A stretch of DNA of 64,000 bases, from the NCBI GenBank assembly GCA_001179505.1, contig CDMY01000347.1, positions 1 through 64,000 on the forward strand, given 5' to 3'. The notes beneath the pieces were generated by a model. It was not told the DNA's origin and searched no databases. It saw only the letters and a program-made list of their open reading frames with translations. Below, in pieces: positions 21,268 to 33,281 of the stretch (positions within the stretch are counted from its first letter, which is position 1; every line of letters starts with the position of its first letter). The position numbers were made by a program, and so were the translations under genes. This DNA is from Vitrella brassicaformis CCMP3155 (taxonomy: Eukaryota > Protista > Chromerida).

Positions 21268-24077
21268 GGGTTCTGTGCCTCCCTCCCCGTCTGACCATCT
21301 ATCTCACCTACCTGTAGCTGGTCCTTGAGATGCTGTGTGTGTCGGAGGTTGTCTTTCATCTGCTGCGACTGCTCCGACACGCAGCTCTGCAGTGCCGTCA
21401 CCTCCCGCTGTTTGTCCTGCAGCTGATGCGAGACGCTGCTCACTCGCCGGCGAGACTCCTTCACATATCGCTCTTGCGACAGGTAGAACCGAACCTGGTA
21501 CACCCAACACACACACACACACACACACACATACACAGAGGGAGCCGAATCAACGGATGGATCCCTCCCCCGGCAGGGAGGGCACTCACGCGTTGTCTGA
21601 GTTCCTCATTCTCGGCGTGTGCGGCCTCGAGGTCTTTGATGAGCTGCCGCCACTCGCTCCCAAGCCACCCCAGGCCATAGGTCCGTGTGGGGGGCGACCT
21701 GACCACCACCACACCACGAGGCGACCGAAGCGCACCCCCGGGTGAGGGAGGGGGGAGGAACGTCCTCTGACACACACCACACACAACAGAGAGAGAGCGT
21801 GGCACATTTGCTAACGTGACCTCTGTGAGTGTGTGACCTTGATGGGCGATGCTCGCTGTGATGGTGGTTTGGATGGCGAGAGGTGTGCTGCGGGCGATGG
21901 CGAGGGGGGCAGCTCCTTCTGCTGCAGATGGGACAGCAGGTGCAGCGTCAGCAGCTGATGTGTCCGCTTCTCTAGGGCCTGACACTTATCCGACAACTGC
22001 ACCTCACACACACACAGAGAGAGACATCCACATGGAAGGACGGACCGCACCCTCTTCGTTGCGTATTGGCATGGCGCACCCGTGCTATCTCTGCCTCGTA
22101 AATCTCTGCCACATGCTCGATGCCGCTGCTCTTTGCGAGCTCTCTCAGGTGGCCCCGCCACCGCACACTCTCCAACTCGGCACAATCGGCCTCCACAGCC
22201 CTCTGCGCCTCGCCCTCACGCACATCCAACCGGAGCATCTGACAACACCCACACTCAACAACACCTCCATTGTCTTCCCTCCGAGTACTGACTTCACGCT
22301 CACCTCGTTCTCCCTCCTGAGTGCTTCGTTCTCCCTTCTCAGCGCCTCTAGTTCAGTCTCTTCAGGCCGCGGTGTGGCCATTGCGGGGATCTCCTCGTCT
22401 GTGGCCGTCGGGCGGCCGCCGTAGGCCGGCTGTGTGGGTGGTGAGAGGGGGGCGGCGAGGGCGGAGGTGTCCCAATGGTCGTCGCCATGCAACAGAGAGG
22501 GGAATGGCGGCTGGCTTGGGCTAGGCACTCGCTGGGTGTTCTGGCACCCTCCCTCCTCATCGGAGCCCTGAATGAAATAAAAAGGGTATAGTGCGACAGA
22601 CACATGCACATGTGTCTGTCTGTCCTTGCTCACCTTGATTGCCCTCACTCCGTCGCCGCCAAAGGCCATGTTCCTTATCCGATTGAGGGCCGCCACAGCC
22701 GCGTCCGACAAACCGGGTGGAGGGGGAGGCAGCACCCCGTCCAAGCTATCCTCAAGACACACACCATGCTCACCTCCCTCTCCCTGCTGCTCGTCCTCCC
22801 TGGCCACCACATGTGGCTGATCGATCAGCGGGCTGCCGGTGAGTGGTGGGGCCGACCGGAAGCTGGCCGGCATGGAGGGGCTGGGCCGCCTCCTCTCCTG
22901 CACGGCCCTCTGCAGCCGCTCGTAGAGGGTCTGCACACGCTGGGCGTCCTGGTACAGCGACTCGAAGGAAGAAGTTGGTCTCGTCGTCACGGCGCCCTGC
23001 TCGATGTTGCGGATGAGCACGGCCTGCCTGTGCAGGGGGAGTGGGCTGCTCTCCTCCGGCAGATCGTCGGTCGTCCACGATCGGCGGAGAGGCTCCGTGT
23101 CAGTGACGCGTGAAGGGGTGTGGGGCAAATCCACCACATCGGCCGCCGCCGCTGCCGCTGCTGGTGAATGTCTCGCGGGCAGAACGGCACTTCTCCAGGT
23201 GTCAATGTCCGTGTCGACGGCCGACAGTTTTGTCCACCGCCGCGCCAGGGCCGGCAGGTGCGTCGAGAGGATGGGGTGGGAGGGGCAGCGGTGGGCGAGG
23301 GAGGTCACCTGCTCCATGGCAGACAGGAAACGCCTATACAGCGGCAAGGCAGATGGCGGAGGGCTGGACGGGACAAAGGGAACGATCGTCAGCTGAGAGG
23401 GGTGCCGGACGAACGGCGAAAGGGCAGACCCCGAATCGTCCTCCATCTCGTCAGCGATGCACTCGACCGCCCGAACGTCCTGCGCCCGCAGCCCGTCCAC
23501 CACCACCAGATGCAGCACCGATTCCAGCGCCATCTCCTCGCCAGCATCCCTGTGCAGCACTCCAAGCCGCACCACCAGATGCCCCGCACACCGCCCCATG
23601 GCGGCCTCGGCGCGCTGCTGGATCACCTGAGTCAGCCGTCGCATGTCGCGTGCGTTGGTGGTGTGCACTTTCCGTTCGGCGAGGTCGGACATGTCTGTGG
23701 ATTCGGAGAGAGAGGGGGATGGTGTGGCGAGAAGGGGGAGGGGGGCCGATGGCGAGGTGGTGTGAGGGATCAGCCATGCTGACAGGGCCAGCTGCACGTC
23801 TGGACACCGGCAAACACAGAAGAACATGCAGCAAGAAAGCCATGAGTGCTTGTTGTGTGAATGCTCCCCCCTCCATCCCTCCCTCCCTCCTCACCTTCAT
23901 CGCGCCCCATCTGTTTCCTCTGCATGACATTGTTCGCGACACCCTCCCACACACCGACCCACCCATCGCCGCCCGCTTGCCCCTCTGCTCCCTCACACAT
24001 CCACACGACAACCGTGGCGTCGTATCCAGCGTACAGCCAATCGCACACTCGGCCTCCAAATCGCTCGCCATCGCCAT
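20542..24077 (-). CDS. Hypothetical coiled-coil, low-complexity protein
   Basis: ATG 24077 (MAMASDLEAEC...). Long exon about 22280-23800 with Pro/Ser-rich segments. Heptad-rich exons (ELEALRRENEALRRENE; EWRQLIKDLEAAHAENEELRQR; HQLQDKQREVTALQSCVSEQSQQMKDNLRHTQHLKDQLQ) are flanked by GT/AG sites. Confidence 0.7.
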
Positions 24078-24541
24078 GGGCAGGGCCGGATGTGGCTGCA
24101 GAGGTGAGGGACCAGCGTGATGAGGCCAGGCGCACCTGGTTCTGTCCTGAGCAGGAGAAGCCTCCATCTGTGGTCGACGGGAGCAACCTGAATGAAGGAA
24201 TGGAACAGAAAGGGAGAACGTATGTTATGGTCTGAATCTTCTGTGAGGTTTTCTCTGTTCAACGTCCCACCTGCAATGCACTTCTGTGTTGGCAGTTCCA
24301 TCCATCCCATCTACGCCCGCCTACGACGACTTCTTGCCCAGATGCCCCTAAACTGGGATGGATGACGTATTGGTTGGTTGGTTATTGTGTTTAACGAGAC
24401 TCGTGTCTGTAACCCGGAGGGATCCTGTTGTCTCACGCACTAAACTAGCAGCATGTACATGCAAAGCATGCACACGGCCTGTCTACCCCTCCCTGCACTG
24501 GCACCGGCGGACAAACAGAACAGTATTGGAAAATGCCCCAG

Positions 24542-24595
24542 GTTCAGGGTTGGGGTTACAGGGTTTCATCAAACCCTGTAACCCCAACCCTGAAC
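24542..24595. repeat. Perfect 25-bp inverted repeat (4-nt loop) made of degenerate telomere-like GGGTT units
   Basis: gttcagggttggggttacagggttt-catc-aaaccctgtaaccccaaccctgaac; the arms are exact reverse complements. Confidence 0.97.
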
Positions 24596-24676
24596 AGTGC
24601 TGAAGGTTCGGCGAAGGACTGTACTTGCTGGCTGCACGGCCCATCAGACCTCCTTTCTGCTCCTTTGCCGGTGACA

Positions 24677-27099
24677 ATGGCGCCTCCTGCTGCACTCAGC
24701 CAGGTGTGAAATGTGCCATTCTTACCGTGGTCGCTCACCTACACTCTCTGTCGCTCTCTTCTCGTCCATTGCAGGCTCCCCAGGTGCCAGGTGCCGTCCT
24801 TGACCACATTGAGGAGCCCCTCTTCGGCATCAGCCACATCGGCACTGACGTGGTAAGGATGAAGGAAAGCACGCACAAACACACACACACACCCCGATCT
24901 GTTGCTTCTCTGATTGTGGTCGCTTCGTGTGTCACTCACTGCATTGATTGCAGCGCAATGTGTGGTACCCGATTGCAATTGAGCATGAGATACCCCGGAA
25001 GAGCGCCACCTCCCGCGCCATGGGCACACGGCTGCTGGGCGAACCAATTGCACTCTATCGCGACGAGACCAACACCGTCCGCTGCCTGGCTGACAGATGC
25101 CCACACAAGAACGGTGCGCGAGACGGGCAGACGAACACACATACACATACACTTTCTCCCCTTCTCTCGCCTCAGCGAAGCTGTCTGTGGGTCGTGTACT
25201 GGATGGCAAGATGGAGTGCTTCTACCATGGCTGGCAGTTCGACGGCAAGACGGGCGAGGTCTCCCACATCCCCTTCCTGCTGCCCGACAAGCAAACCCCT
25301 CCTCAAGCCAAGACCAAGTCCTACCCCTGCGTTGAGAAGCACCATCTCATTTGGGTGTGGCCAGGTGTGCACGACGATTCAGCGCCTGCACACCCACACC
25401 CACCCACCCCAGCCACGCACACACACCGATAGACATTGCCACAGCCACGTGCGCATTGTGTTGTGTTGTGCTGCGTGTGTCTGTATGTCTGTGTGTGCAG
25501 GTGATGTTGATAAGGCTGACGAGAGTCTCATCCCGTGCTACCCCGAGTGGCTGGACAAGCGGCTGTGTTTCTGGGGGCAGACGACAGAGATGCCCATCGA
25601 TCACTCACTGTGGTGCGAGAATCTCATGGACATCGCTCACACGCCATTCGCACACGACGGCCAGTTCTCCAGGTGACTGACTGCACAAACCACACCACAC
25701 CACCGCCTTGACGGACGAGAATACGTCTTCTGTGTTGTCTTGTGTGTTGTCTTGTGTGTCGTGCATGTATCAGTCGGCAGGACGGCAAGCCTCTCCGTTA
25801 TGAGACGAAGGCCACCAAGACAGGACTTTTCGTAAGCGAGGGAGGCGTCAAGACAGCAAAGAGAGAAGGAATCCAATGCAATGCAGCACAAACGACACGC
25901 TGCACTCGTTTGCTCGTTTCAGGTTGACCCCCAGTGGGCCGCCGAGATGAGAAAGGATTATCCGCTGAAGCAAACAATGGAGTGGATCGCACCCTGCACC
26001 AAGTGAGTAGCCAGTCTTTGCAGGTGGGAGAGCCGCACACAGACACGCACAATGGCGAAGCGGTATCGGTGTCTCTCTCTTGTTGTGTGCGTGTGTGTGT
26101 TCGGTCTGTCAGCATTGTGCGGACCACGTCTAAGTCTGGTCGCATGCTGATGCTCTGCTTCTACTCCATACCCATGGGTATGGCAACACTCCCCCTCCCC
26201 CTCTCCCCACACACACAAAGCAATACATGTGTTTTCCCTTGTTCATCGTGTGTGTGTCTGTGTGTGTCCGTCTGTGTGCGGCTGCTCTGTCTGTCTGCAG
26301 CTCCTGGCATGACTCGTCACATCTTCACGATGTACAAGGATTGGGGCTATCCTCTCACGTGGATCAACAACCTCTTGGCCAAGACGCCACTCAACCACCT
26401 GGCGCAGCTGGCGAACCAAACCATACCCTTCCAAGACATGACTGCGGTGAGCGAGCGAGACACCACCACCTGCTTCTGTCTGGCGTATCTATCTGCTGTG
26501 TGTGTGTGGATGTGTGTGTGTCTGTGGTGCGGCCAGATCACGGGTATCATGCGCAATATCAAGGAAGGCGCCGGATATCTGTCGGTGCCCATCCAGTGTG
26601 ACGAGGTGGGCTGGGCAGACACGAACCAGTAGTGGACGACTGGACGGGTGGCTGCACACATACATCATGTGCCTTTCTCCCGTGTGGTGTCTTCAGATGG
26701 CGGTCATGTACCGTCGTTGGCACGGCAAGGCCTTCCACAAGGACGTCTGGTGGAAGGGGTGAGCAAACCACGCACAACACACACACACACACACACACGA
26801 ACGCGTATCACATGGTCGCTTCCCTCCCTCTCAGCTGGGCCGGCAATCTCGACATCGAGGACCTCACCGAGTCCGTCGGCCACTCGTGCTTCGGAGCTGA
26901 CTCGTGCGGCCAGTACGAGCGGGACATCACACACGACCCGAACAACGCCCAGCCATACATCGAGAGATGGGCCAAGGTGCACCACAAACCCAACCCATTC
27001 GCACCCACGTGGGCCGGCCAGGCCGCCCTCCTGCTGTCGGCCGGTGCTTTGGGGGCGCTGGGGGCTGTGGCAGCAACGCGCCTGGCCAAGACAGCGTAG
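24677..27099 (+). CDS. Rieske [2Fe-2S] non-heme iron oxygenase (PAO/TIC55/CAO-related superfamily) with C-terminal hydrophobic helix
   Basis: RNVWYPIA...RLLGEPIALYRD...CLADRCPHKN | AKLSVG...ECFYHGWQFDG (Rieske CxH...CxxH); ENLMDIAHTPFAH (mononuclear Fe site); ends ...AALLLSAGALGALGAVAATRLAKTA*. An alternative in-frame upstream ATG lies at 24533. Confidence 0.92.
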
Positions 27100-28048
27100 C
27101 GTAGAGATCTGTAGATGGGTGTCGGCGGCTGGCCGTCTTGTTGATGTGGGGTGGTGTGTGGGGTGGGGTCGGTTTTGAGTGCTGCTGTTGATGGTCTGTG
27201 CATGTGCCTTTCATCCGCTTGGTTGAGAGAGAGGAGAGGTACCACCCACAATTGATTTCATGTCGTCCTACACACACGGAGGGTGCGGGATGCCCCTCCT
27301 GGCTTCATGATGGCTGGATGGGCAACGGGTTGAAAGATGGTGTATACATAGATACTGCCTGGCTACCGGCTGATCTGATCATTGTTCGTTCGTGTCCTCC
27401 TGGTGTCTATCTTTTTGAACGATGGGGCTATTTGGGTACGTGAGCGAGAGGGCTGCGACTTTCCGTCTCGCCCCTTGTCGTGGCTTATCGTCTTGTCTCT
27501 CCCGAAGGGAAGTCAGTCGACAGACAGACAGACAGACACGTGCAGAGGGCAGTCATGCAATGTATTGTATTTATGTGTTCATACTGTGTCGTGTCGAGCC
27601 ACTGTGGCTGGCTGTGTGGCTTGTGTGGGAATATGTGGGTGATCGTGTGGCATTCAGCTGACGGCTGGCATGCCTGCAGTGCTTGCATGACTGATTGTGA
27701 CCAATGCTGGATGCGTTAAGACTTTGAATGGTTCCAACCGTCCATTTGCTCACACAAATTACAGATCCAATCCACCGTACGACAAAATCGAAAGCCAGCT
27801 AGGCCACATTCACACTCGCGTAGAGTGTAAAGACAACGCACACTAATCGTTCGCCGCCAGAAATCCCTCTCTACCGCACTCTCCAGCCACCCCATCTATT
27901 CTGACCTAACCCGTCTCCATCTCTTCACCTTTCTCCCCTTCCACGACCTCTGATTCTCGTTCCCTCACCACCATCACAACAGAAACATAGATTTTGTCCC
28001 ACAGAGGTGCCTGAATAAAGGAAATACACATGTGTCTCGTACGCAGGT

Positions 28049-29711
28049 TCAGGCGTGAGGCGTCGCAGTGCTGTACTCATCGCTTACCTCATTGCCATAC
28101 ACATGGGCACGCTCCTCAAACTCAGGGTGCACCCGGCTGCAGAATGACGTGTATATTGATGTCAGCCTCGCCCAGCTGGAGTCACGCCCTGCGTTGCGCG
28201 TCTCGAATCGACTCGGGTACTGGTACAGGAAGGTTTTCATGTGATCGTATCTAGGGCCCGAGTTTTTGGGTCCGTAGATGGTGTCATAGAACGGTGTGTG
28301 CTCAAACCAGTCATCGAGCTCCTCGCCTTCCTCCAGTCGATCATCATCATCATCATCGTCGTCGTCGTCGTCGTCGCCGCCGCCGAGGCCGACATATTTC
28401 TTTATCCCCGCCGCACCTTCCTCGTTCAGCAGCCCGAAATCCCATATCTCAGTCTCCTCTTCTCGATACTTCTGGCTCGCCAGGAACATCCTCAGATCGA
28501 CTTGGAAATGCTGGGACAGCACCTGGTAGAGATAAGCGTCGACGCCTTTGAGATGCTCGGGTGACATTGATGATGGCGTGTAGGTGTGTTGTAGGTGGAT
28601 GACGATGACATTATCGACGTAAAACTCCCACCACTCCAGCTGAGACTGAGGCAATACCACACACATACGCGGACAGACAGACAGACAGACACGACATCAA
28701 ATCACATCATCGGACCGGACCGCTGCACTCTCTCCCTCACCGTCTTCTGCTTGAAGCTGTAGTGAAGCGAGTCGATCATGTCTTGCAGCGGAGGCGCCAA
28801 ATAATCACCTGGCTGTATTTCCATCTCTGTCAGCCGTTTTCTCCGCAACTTATACGCCAGCACCAGACGATAGCCGGACGTCACGGCCGCCACAGAATGG
28901 GGGATGTCGGCAAAGAAGGCCACCCACCGACACTTCTTCGCAGCCAAAGCGCGCTGCGTCTGCTCGTTGAAGGTGGCCGGGTCGAAGCCCTCTGTTTGCT
29001 CGAGGATGAAGTCGCCCTCCTCGTACTCGGTTGGCATGAAGATGAGCAATGACGCGAAATGGTCGTCTGATCGCTAAGTATCCCTGTGTGCCTGGAAGAA
29101 GTCTCCTTCCCATAGATCAGCAGCTTGTGCAAGTCGGCCGTCACCTGGCTGCCCGGCGACATCTCGGAAGCCACCTCGTCGCACACACGCCGCACCGCAG
29201 ATCTCCAGTCGCCCGCAGGACATCCCACCGTCAGCTCGTCGGCTGAGACCTCCCGCGCTTGCCGCACTTGAAGATCGACGACTGTTTCATTGCCAATGCC
29301 CACCGGCGACTGCCGTGCTTGCGTGTAATAGATCTTCTCGAGGTTCCTAGCGTAGAAGGGCGCCCCTCTTGCTGTGTTGCAGTTGGGTTGCAGCGTCCAG
29401 TTGGCCGCCGTGAGTGTGGGGATGAAGTCGATGGTTCCAGCGATGAATGGCCGCGGAGCGTCGTGCTTCTTCAGGTGATCTATCGCCCTGTCGAGAGCCG
29501 TGTCGAGATCCAGCACGTCCTCCTCCCGTGTATCCCGCACAGCCCAGAAGCGCCTCGGGGCAGCACCGAAGTGCCGTCTTGTCATTTTCGAGATGAGTGA
29601 AGGGCCACGTCTGCTGGACCCCAGAGCAGCAGGGGATGGCAGGAAGGCCGCTTCGGCAGAGAGATGCAGGAAGAGCGAGGCGAGTCCATGAATGCAGACC
29701 GTCGTCAACAT
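28049..29711 (-). pseudogene. 2OG-Fe(II) oxygenase-like gene with a frameshift and premature stop; bipartite-like leader
   Basis: ADLHKLLIYG needs a frameshift (about 29108-29111) to continue EGDFFQAHRDT*RSDDHFASLLIFMP...GDF (HxD; TAG at 29074-29076), then FFADIPHSVAAVTSGYRLVLAY (distal His and 2OG-binding Arg). The last exon carries LQHTY...LKGVD and GNE. N-terminus is MLTTVCIHGLASLFLHLSAEAAFLPS. Confidence 0.8.
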
Positions 29712-30028
29712 CTCAGGCCACGGTTCGCCAGTCAACAAGGAAACAGGCTCCGGCGCGGCTGTATTCTGTCGCTTTTGGGGGGGAATTAGTGCAGTCCCAC
29801 TGTGTGAAGCTCGCAAACTGCTTAGGGCTCCCAGAAACCGCTGCCGCAGAACGCAGAGGCACAGATCAGAGCGCATTTGGAGGAAAGAGACCGCCAGTGA
29901 CCTGGATCTGCCTCTGCATCGCACTATTCATCCATCCACAAACTTCCTCCTACTCTGCGGTGCCCTCTCCGTGCTCGTCCCACATCCAGGAAGCATCTGC
30001 GTCCGCCATATTGAGGAGACCTGTCCGA

Positions 30029-30910
30029 ATGGGGATCTTGGCCCGCACTCTTCCTCTGGTGTCGGCCATGCCTGCTCTCGTCGGTGCCGAAGGAGACCTC
30101 AGGGATGGGGGAGGGGGCGGTGACGGCACACCGTCCGGCGCCATGGTTGCTGGCATCGTCTTGGGGTGCCTCGGCTTCGTCTGCCTGGTCTATTGCCTCA
30201 TCGTGGCCGTCCGCCTCATGCGCCAGTGCAGGCGGCACAGGCGCATCAAGCCCACATCGACAGCCACGCCCCCTCCCTCTGGCGTGTGGCTGGGCGCCTG
30301 CTTGGAGAACGACGAGGGCGGGACGACCAAATACCTGCTCACATTCGAGCATGACGGCACCGTGAGCGGCGAGGGAAGCGGCACCGACGGAGCTTTCAAG
30401 GTGAAAGGCTTCTACAACGCGGCCAACGGGCGTCTGTCGTGGGGAGAGAAGGGCATCAACAGCAACAGACGCTATGTGGACGTGACGGGTGGCTTCGATG
30501 CAACCACGTGGCAGTCCATCAGCGGTGTAGCGACTCCTGCCAGTCGGGTGTGGGACGTGTTGGCCCAGTGTTGCCCGTGCTGCTGCTGCTCATGCGAGGT
30601 GGACACCGAAGGTCTCGGTGTGGGCGTCACGAGCATCACATTAGGCGGCGGCGGCCTCTTCGATTTCTTCGGCCTCTTCGATTTTTTCCAGCAAGGCAGC
30701 TGGCAGTGCGCTCCTGGCCGATACTCTGTCACCATCCGCTTCCACGAGGCTGTGGCCTCCCTTGCCCCCAAGACCAAGCCACCCGCCACATTGGTGAATG
30801 TCGTGCAGATGCAGCCAATCACGACGGGCGGAGGTCGGGACAAGCCGGCGATTCAGCCAGTGACTTGTTCCGATACGCCCGCGGTGGTTTTGACAAACTG
30901 TGCGGCCTAG
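30029..30910 (+). CDS. Intronless single-pass membrane protein with a Gly-rich beta-strand domain and Cys cluster
   Basis: ATG 30029 (MGILARTLPLVSAMPALVGA); TM helix AMVAGIVLGCLGFVCLVYCLIVAV followed by basic RLMRQCRRHRR; GVWLG...LLTFEHDGTVSGEG...GAFKVKGFYN...LSWGEK; CCPCCCC. Confidence 0.75.
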   Translation: MGILARTLPLVSAMPALVGAEGDLRDGGGGGDGTPSGAMVAGIVLGCLGFVCLVYCLIVAVRLMRQCRRHRRIKPTSTATPPPSGVWLGACLENDEGGTTKYLLTFEHDGTVSGEGSGTDGAFKVKGFYNAANGRLSWGEKGINSNRRYVDVTGGFDATTWQSISGVATPASRVWDVLAQCCPCCCCSCEVDTEGLGVGVTSITLGGGGLFDFFGLFDFFQQGSWQCAPGRYSVTIRFHEAVASLAPKTKPPATLVNVVQMQPITTGGGRDKPAIQPVTCSDTPAVVLTNCAA

Positions 30911-31790
30911 TTGGCGGCTGTACGTATTGTTATGTGGGTGTATGTATTTAGGTACGGTGGGTGTAGAGAGAGCGAGCCAATGGGGAGGGAAAGGACGGAA
31001 CGACGGGGGGGAGCAAGAATTAATTTATGTGCGGATGGATGGGTGGATGTGTGCATAAGTGTCTGTGGATGTGCACGCGCGCGTGTGTGTGTGTGTGTGT
31101 GTGATGCTTGTCTGTGCCATTCTTGTCCTGACAAGCATGTTTATTGTAGGTGGAGGCAGTCATTTGATAATTGAGCCGATCCAAATGGCTCAAATGACGT
31201 GTTCAAGGTGCGTGGGTGGGCTCATCCGTCGATGCGCATCGGGCTGCTACGCACCACGTCATGTCAGTCACATTGTGTGTTGCGTTGTTCATGGTACGCA
31301 CCTACATGGTGGGTGTATTGTAAGCGCCTTATTTATTTATTTGCTGTCACTGCTGTCATTCGTTGATCGTTCATTTCATCCATGTGTGTGTCTTGAGTGA
31401 TAGATAAGGTGTGCTAAGATATGAACCGTGTAGAGCGAGAGAGAGTGTGCGCACAAGGTGACCTACAGCCATTATTATTATTACCTTGTTATTTCTCTCA
31501 TGAATCCCATGCCTACCACGCCCCCCACTCACACCACGTCACACCCACCCACCCTCTCGTGTGTCCATCCCATCCCCCCTGCCCCACGTATGGATACCCC
31601 ATCCCCCGCGAGCGGTAACGAAAACAAAACGGCCAAGAAAAGGCCGACTCACTGCGACAGGAGGCAACACCAAACGAACAGCAGCGAATGTCCATCGATC
31701 ACTCACATTGGGCAAACGGCAATGCTGACCTGACCACCCCACTGACTGACAATCCATCCATCCATCCTTCCATCCATCCACCTCGTCCGA

Positions 31791-33281
31791 CTACGCTCCT
31801 TTCTCAGCCGCAACACGACTACTTGGCGCATCCCCCTCCCTCTCCCTCTCCCTCTGTCCTTCACCATCATTATTCACCCCCTCCACCCACCCCACCTTTT
31901 CCTCCTGCCTTATCCACTCTGCGGCATCTTGTTGGCCCAGCTGGTACAGCAGCTCGAACTCGTCCTCATCGGCCGGCAGCAGCGACATCTGGATCAGCTT
32001 GGGCATCGACAGGGGGAACTGGGGGTTCAGATCCGGTGTTATCACGTCGTTGGGACCCATCGCCTTGAGACCAACCACAGAGGCCGGGAAGGGCGAGATG
32101 CGCACGGTGCGTCGTGCGGCCACCACCGGGCAGCCGAAGGCGCCCAGCTCGGAGGCGAAGAAGCCGTCAGCGGCCACTTTGCCCCGACACTGCACCAACG
32201 GCCAGGCCGAGAAGTAGAAGGGGACACAGCACGAGGCGCACAGCACCTCAATGAGGTCATCGCGGCTGTCGAATTGCGACACCAGGCGACCGGCAGGGTA
32301 CGGGAACACCTCTGTGTAGGCCACAGTGACGGGCGCCGCACGGCCGTTGAGCTGCTCGTGGGCATCGGGGGGCAGCAGCTCGTCCAGCTCCTTCATCAGA
32401 CAGTCATGCAGTCGGCTCCGTGTACCCTTCTCCCGGCAGTCGGCAGCCAGCCGTTGCACCGCCCGGACAGCGTTGTCAGCCGCAAGACCCATGCCCACTG
32501 CACACGCCGTCAGCGAGCCGGCCGACGCGCCAGAAATGGGCGTCGCGTTGGTGATGACGCCCATCTTCCTGAGATGGAACGCCGCCCCCAGGTGGTAGGG
32601 GATGAGCAGGCCAGCTGGCGAAAATGAGAAGCCGATGGGTGGCGCGTCTTTTAGGTCCTTGTCCGTCTGTGCGTGTGTGGGAGCCGGTGCTGCTGCTGCG
32701 ATGGGCTCAGAGACGCCGACGGACTTGAGGAAGGAGGGGTTGAAATACAGCGACTCGAACATCTTCAGGTACGACTGGTCGCTCGCCTGCTGGGCTGACG
32801 CTGAGGATGGCGGCGGCTCCTCGACTGATGATGCTGCCGATGAGCCGGGGAACCGCAGCACGTTGTCAAACCACCCGAAATAACCCTTCACCGTCTCGCC
32901 GCAGTCGGTAGGGTGGTCAGCAGCAAGACACGGACTCGATTTGGTGCATGACCGCTGCAGCTGGATGGAGGCCATATCGCCCTCGTCCATGCCGGGCGAT
33001 GCCGCCAGGGAGCCAGGCGTCATCGAAGAACGCTCCGTGGCGATTTCCGATATGGTCTTGGTCAGCTGATTGAATACCGGTAAGAGGCCGCGTCGCTGCA
33101 TGGCTCGGAGAGGCGAGAGAGGCGAGAGAGGACGCGCGTGGCTGTCTGCTGCCGCCGGGGATCGTCTTGAAGAATGCAACCACGTCGACAGCAAGGGCCG
33201 AGCGCCGGACCGAGAGGACGAAGAGAGGACGGATGAGGGTGCCGAGAGAAGAGCAAGCCACGCAGGGAAGCGCCACTTCAT
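31791..33281 (-). CDS. Patatin-like phospholipase (PNPLA/ATGL type), intronless, with long N-terminal leader
   Basis: FSFSPAGLLIPYHLG (oxyanion region), ISGASAGSL (GxSxG), LCASCCVPFY, AADG (catalytic Asp), YQLGQQDAAEW. N-terminus is MKWRFPAWLALLSAPSSVLSSSSRSGARPLL. Confidence 0.92.
   Translation of the reverse strand: MKWRFPAWLALLSAPSSVLSSSSRSGARPLLSTWLHSSRRSPAAADSHARPLSPLSPLRAMQRRGLLPVFNQLTKTISEIATERSSMTPGSLAASPGMDEGDMASIQLQRSCTKSSPCLAADHPTDCGETVKGYFGWFDNVLRFPGSSAASSVEEPPPSSASAQQASDQSYLKMFESLYFNPSFLKSVGVSEPIAAAAPAPTHAQTDKDLKDAPPIGFSFSPAGLLIPYHLGAAFHLRKMGVITNATPISGASAGSLTACAVGMGLAADNAVRAVQRLAADCREKGTRSRLHDCLMKELDELLPPDAHEQLNGRAAPVTVAYTEVFPYPAGRLVSQFDSRDDLIEVLCASCCVPFYFSAWPLVQCRGKVAADGFFASELGAFGCPVVAARRTVRISPFPASVVGLKAMGPNDVITPDLNPQFPLSMPKLIQMSLLPADEDEFELLYQLGQQDAAEWIRQEEKVGWVEGVNNDGEGQREREREGDAPSSRVAAEKGA

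Noticed and set aside
21811-22185. Track ORF listed on the plus strand
   Set aside because: The peptide shown reads from the minus strand; its LSDKCQALEK... part is an exon of the coiled-coil gene, not a separate gene.
24677-27099. Calling the Rieske gene CAO or PAO
   Set aside because: The motifs are shared across the superfamily, and subfamily-specific residues could not be confirmed without a phylogeny.
31929-32627. Long antisense ORFs opposite real genes (also 23110-24120, 44402-45322, 53311-54105)
   Set aside because: Expected shadows of GC3-rich coding sequence; no motifs or splice support.
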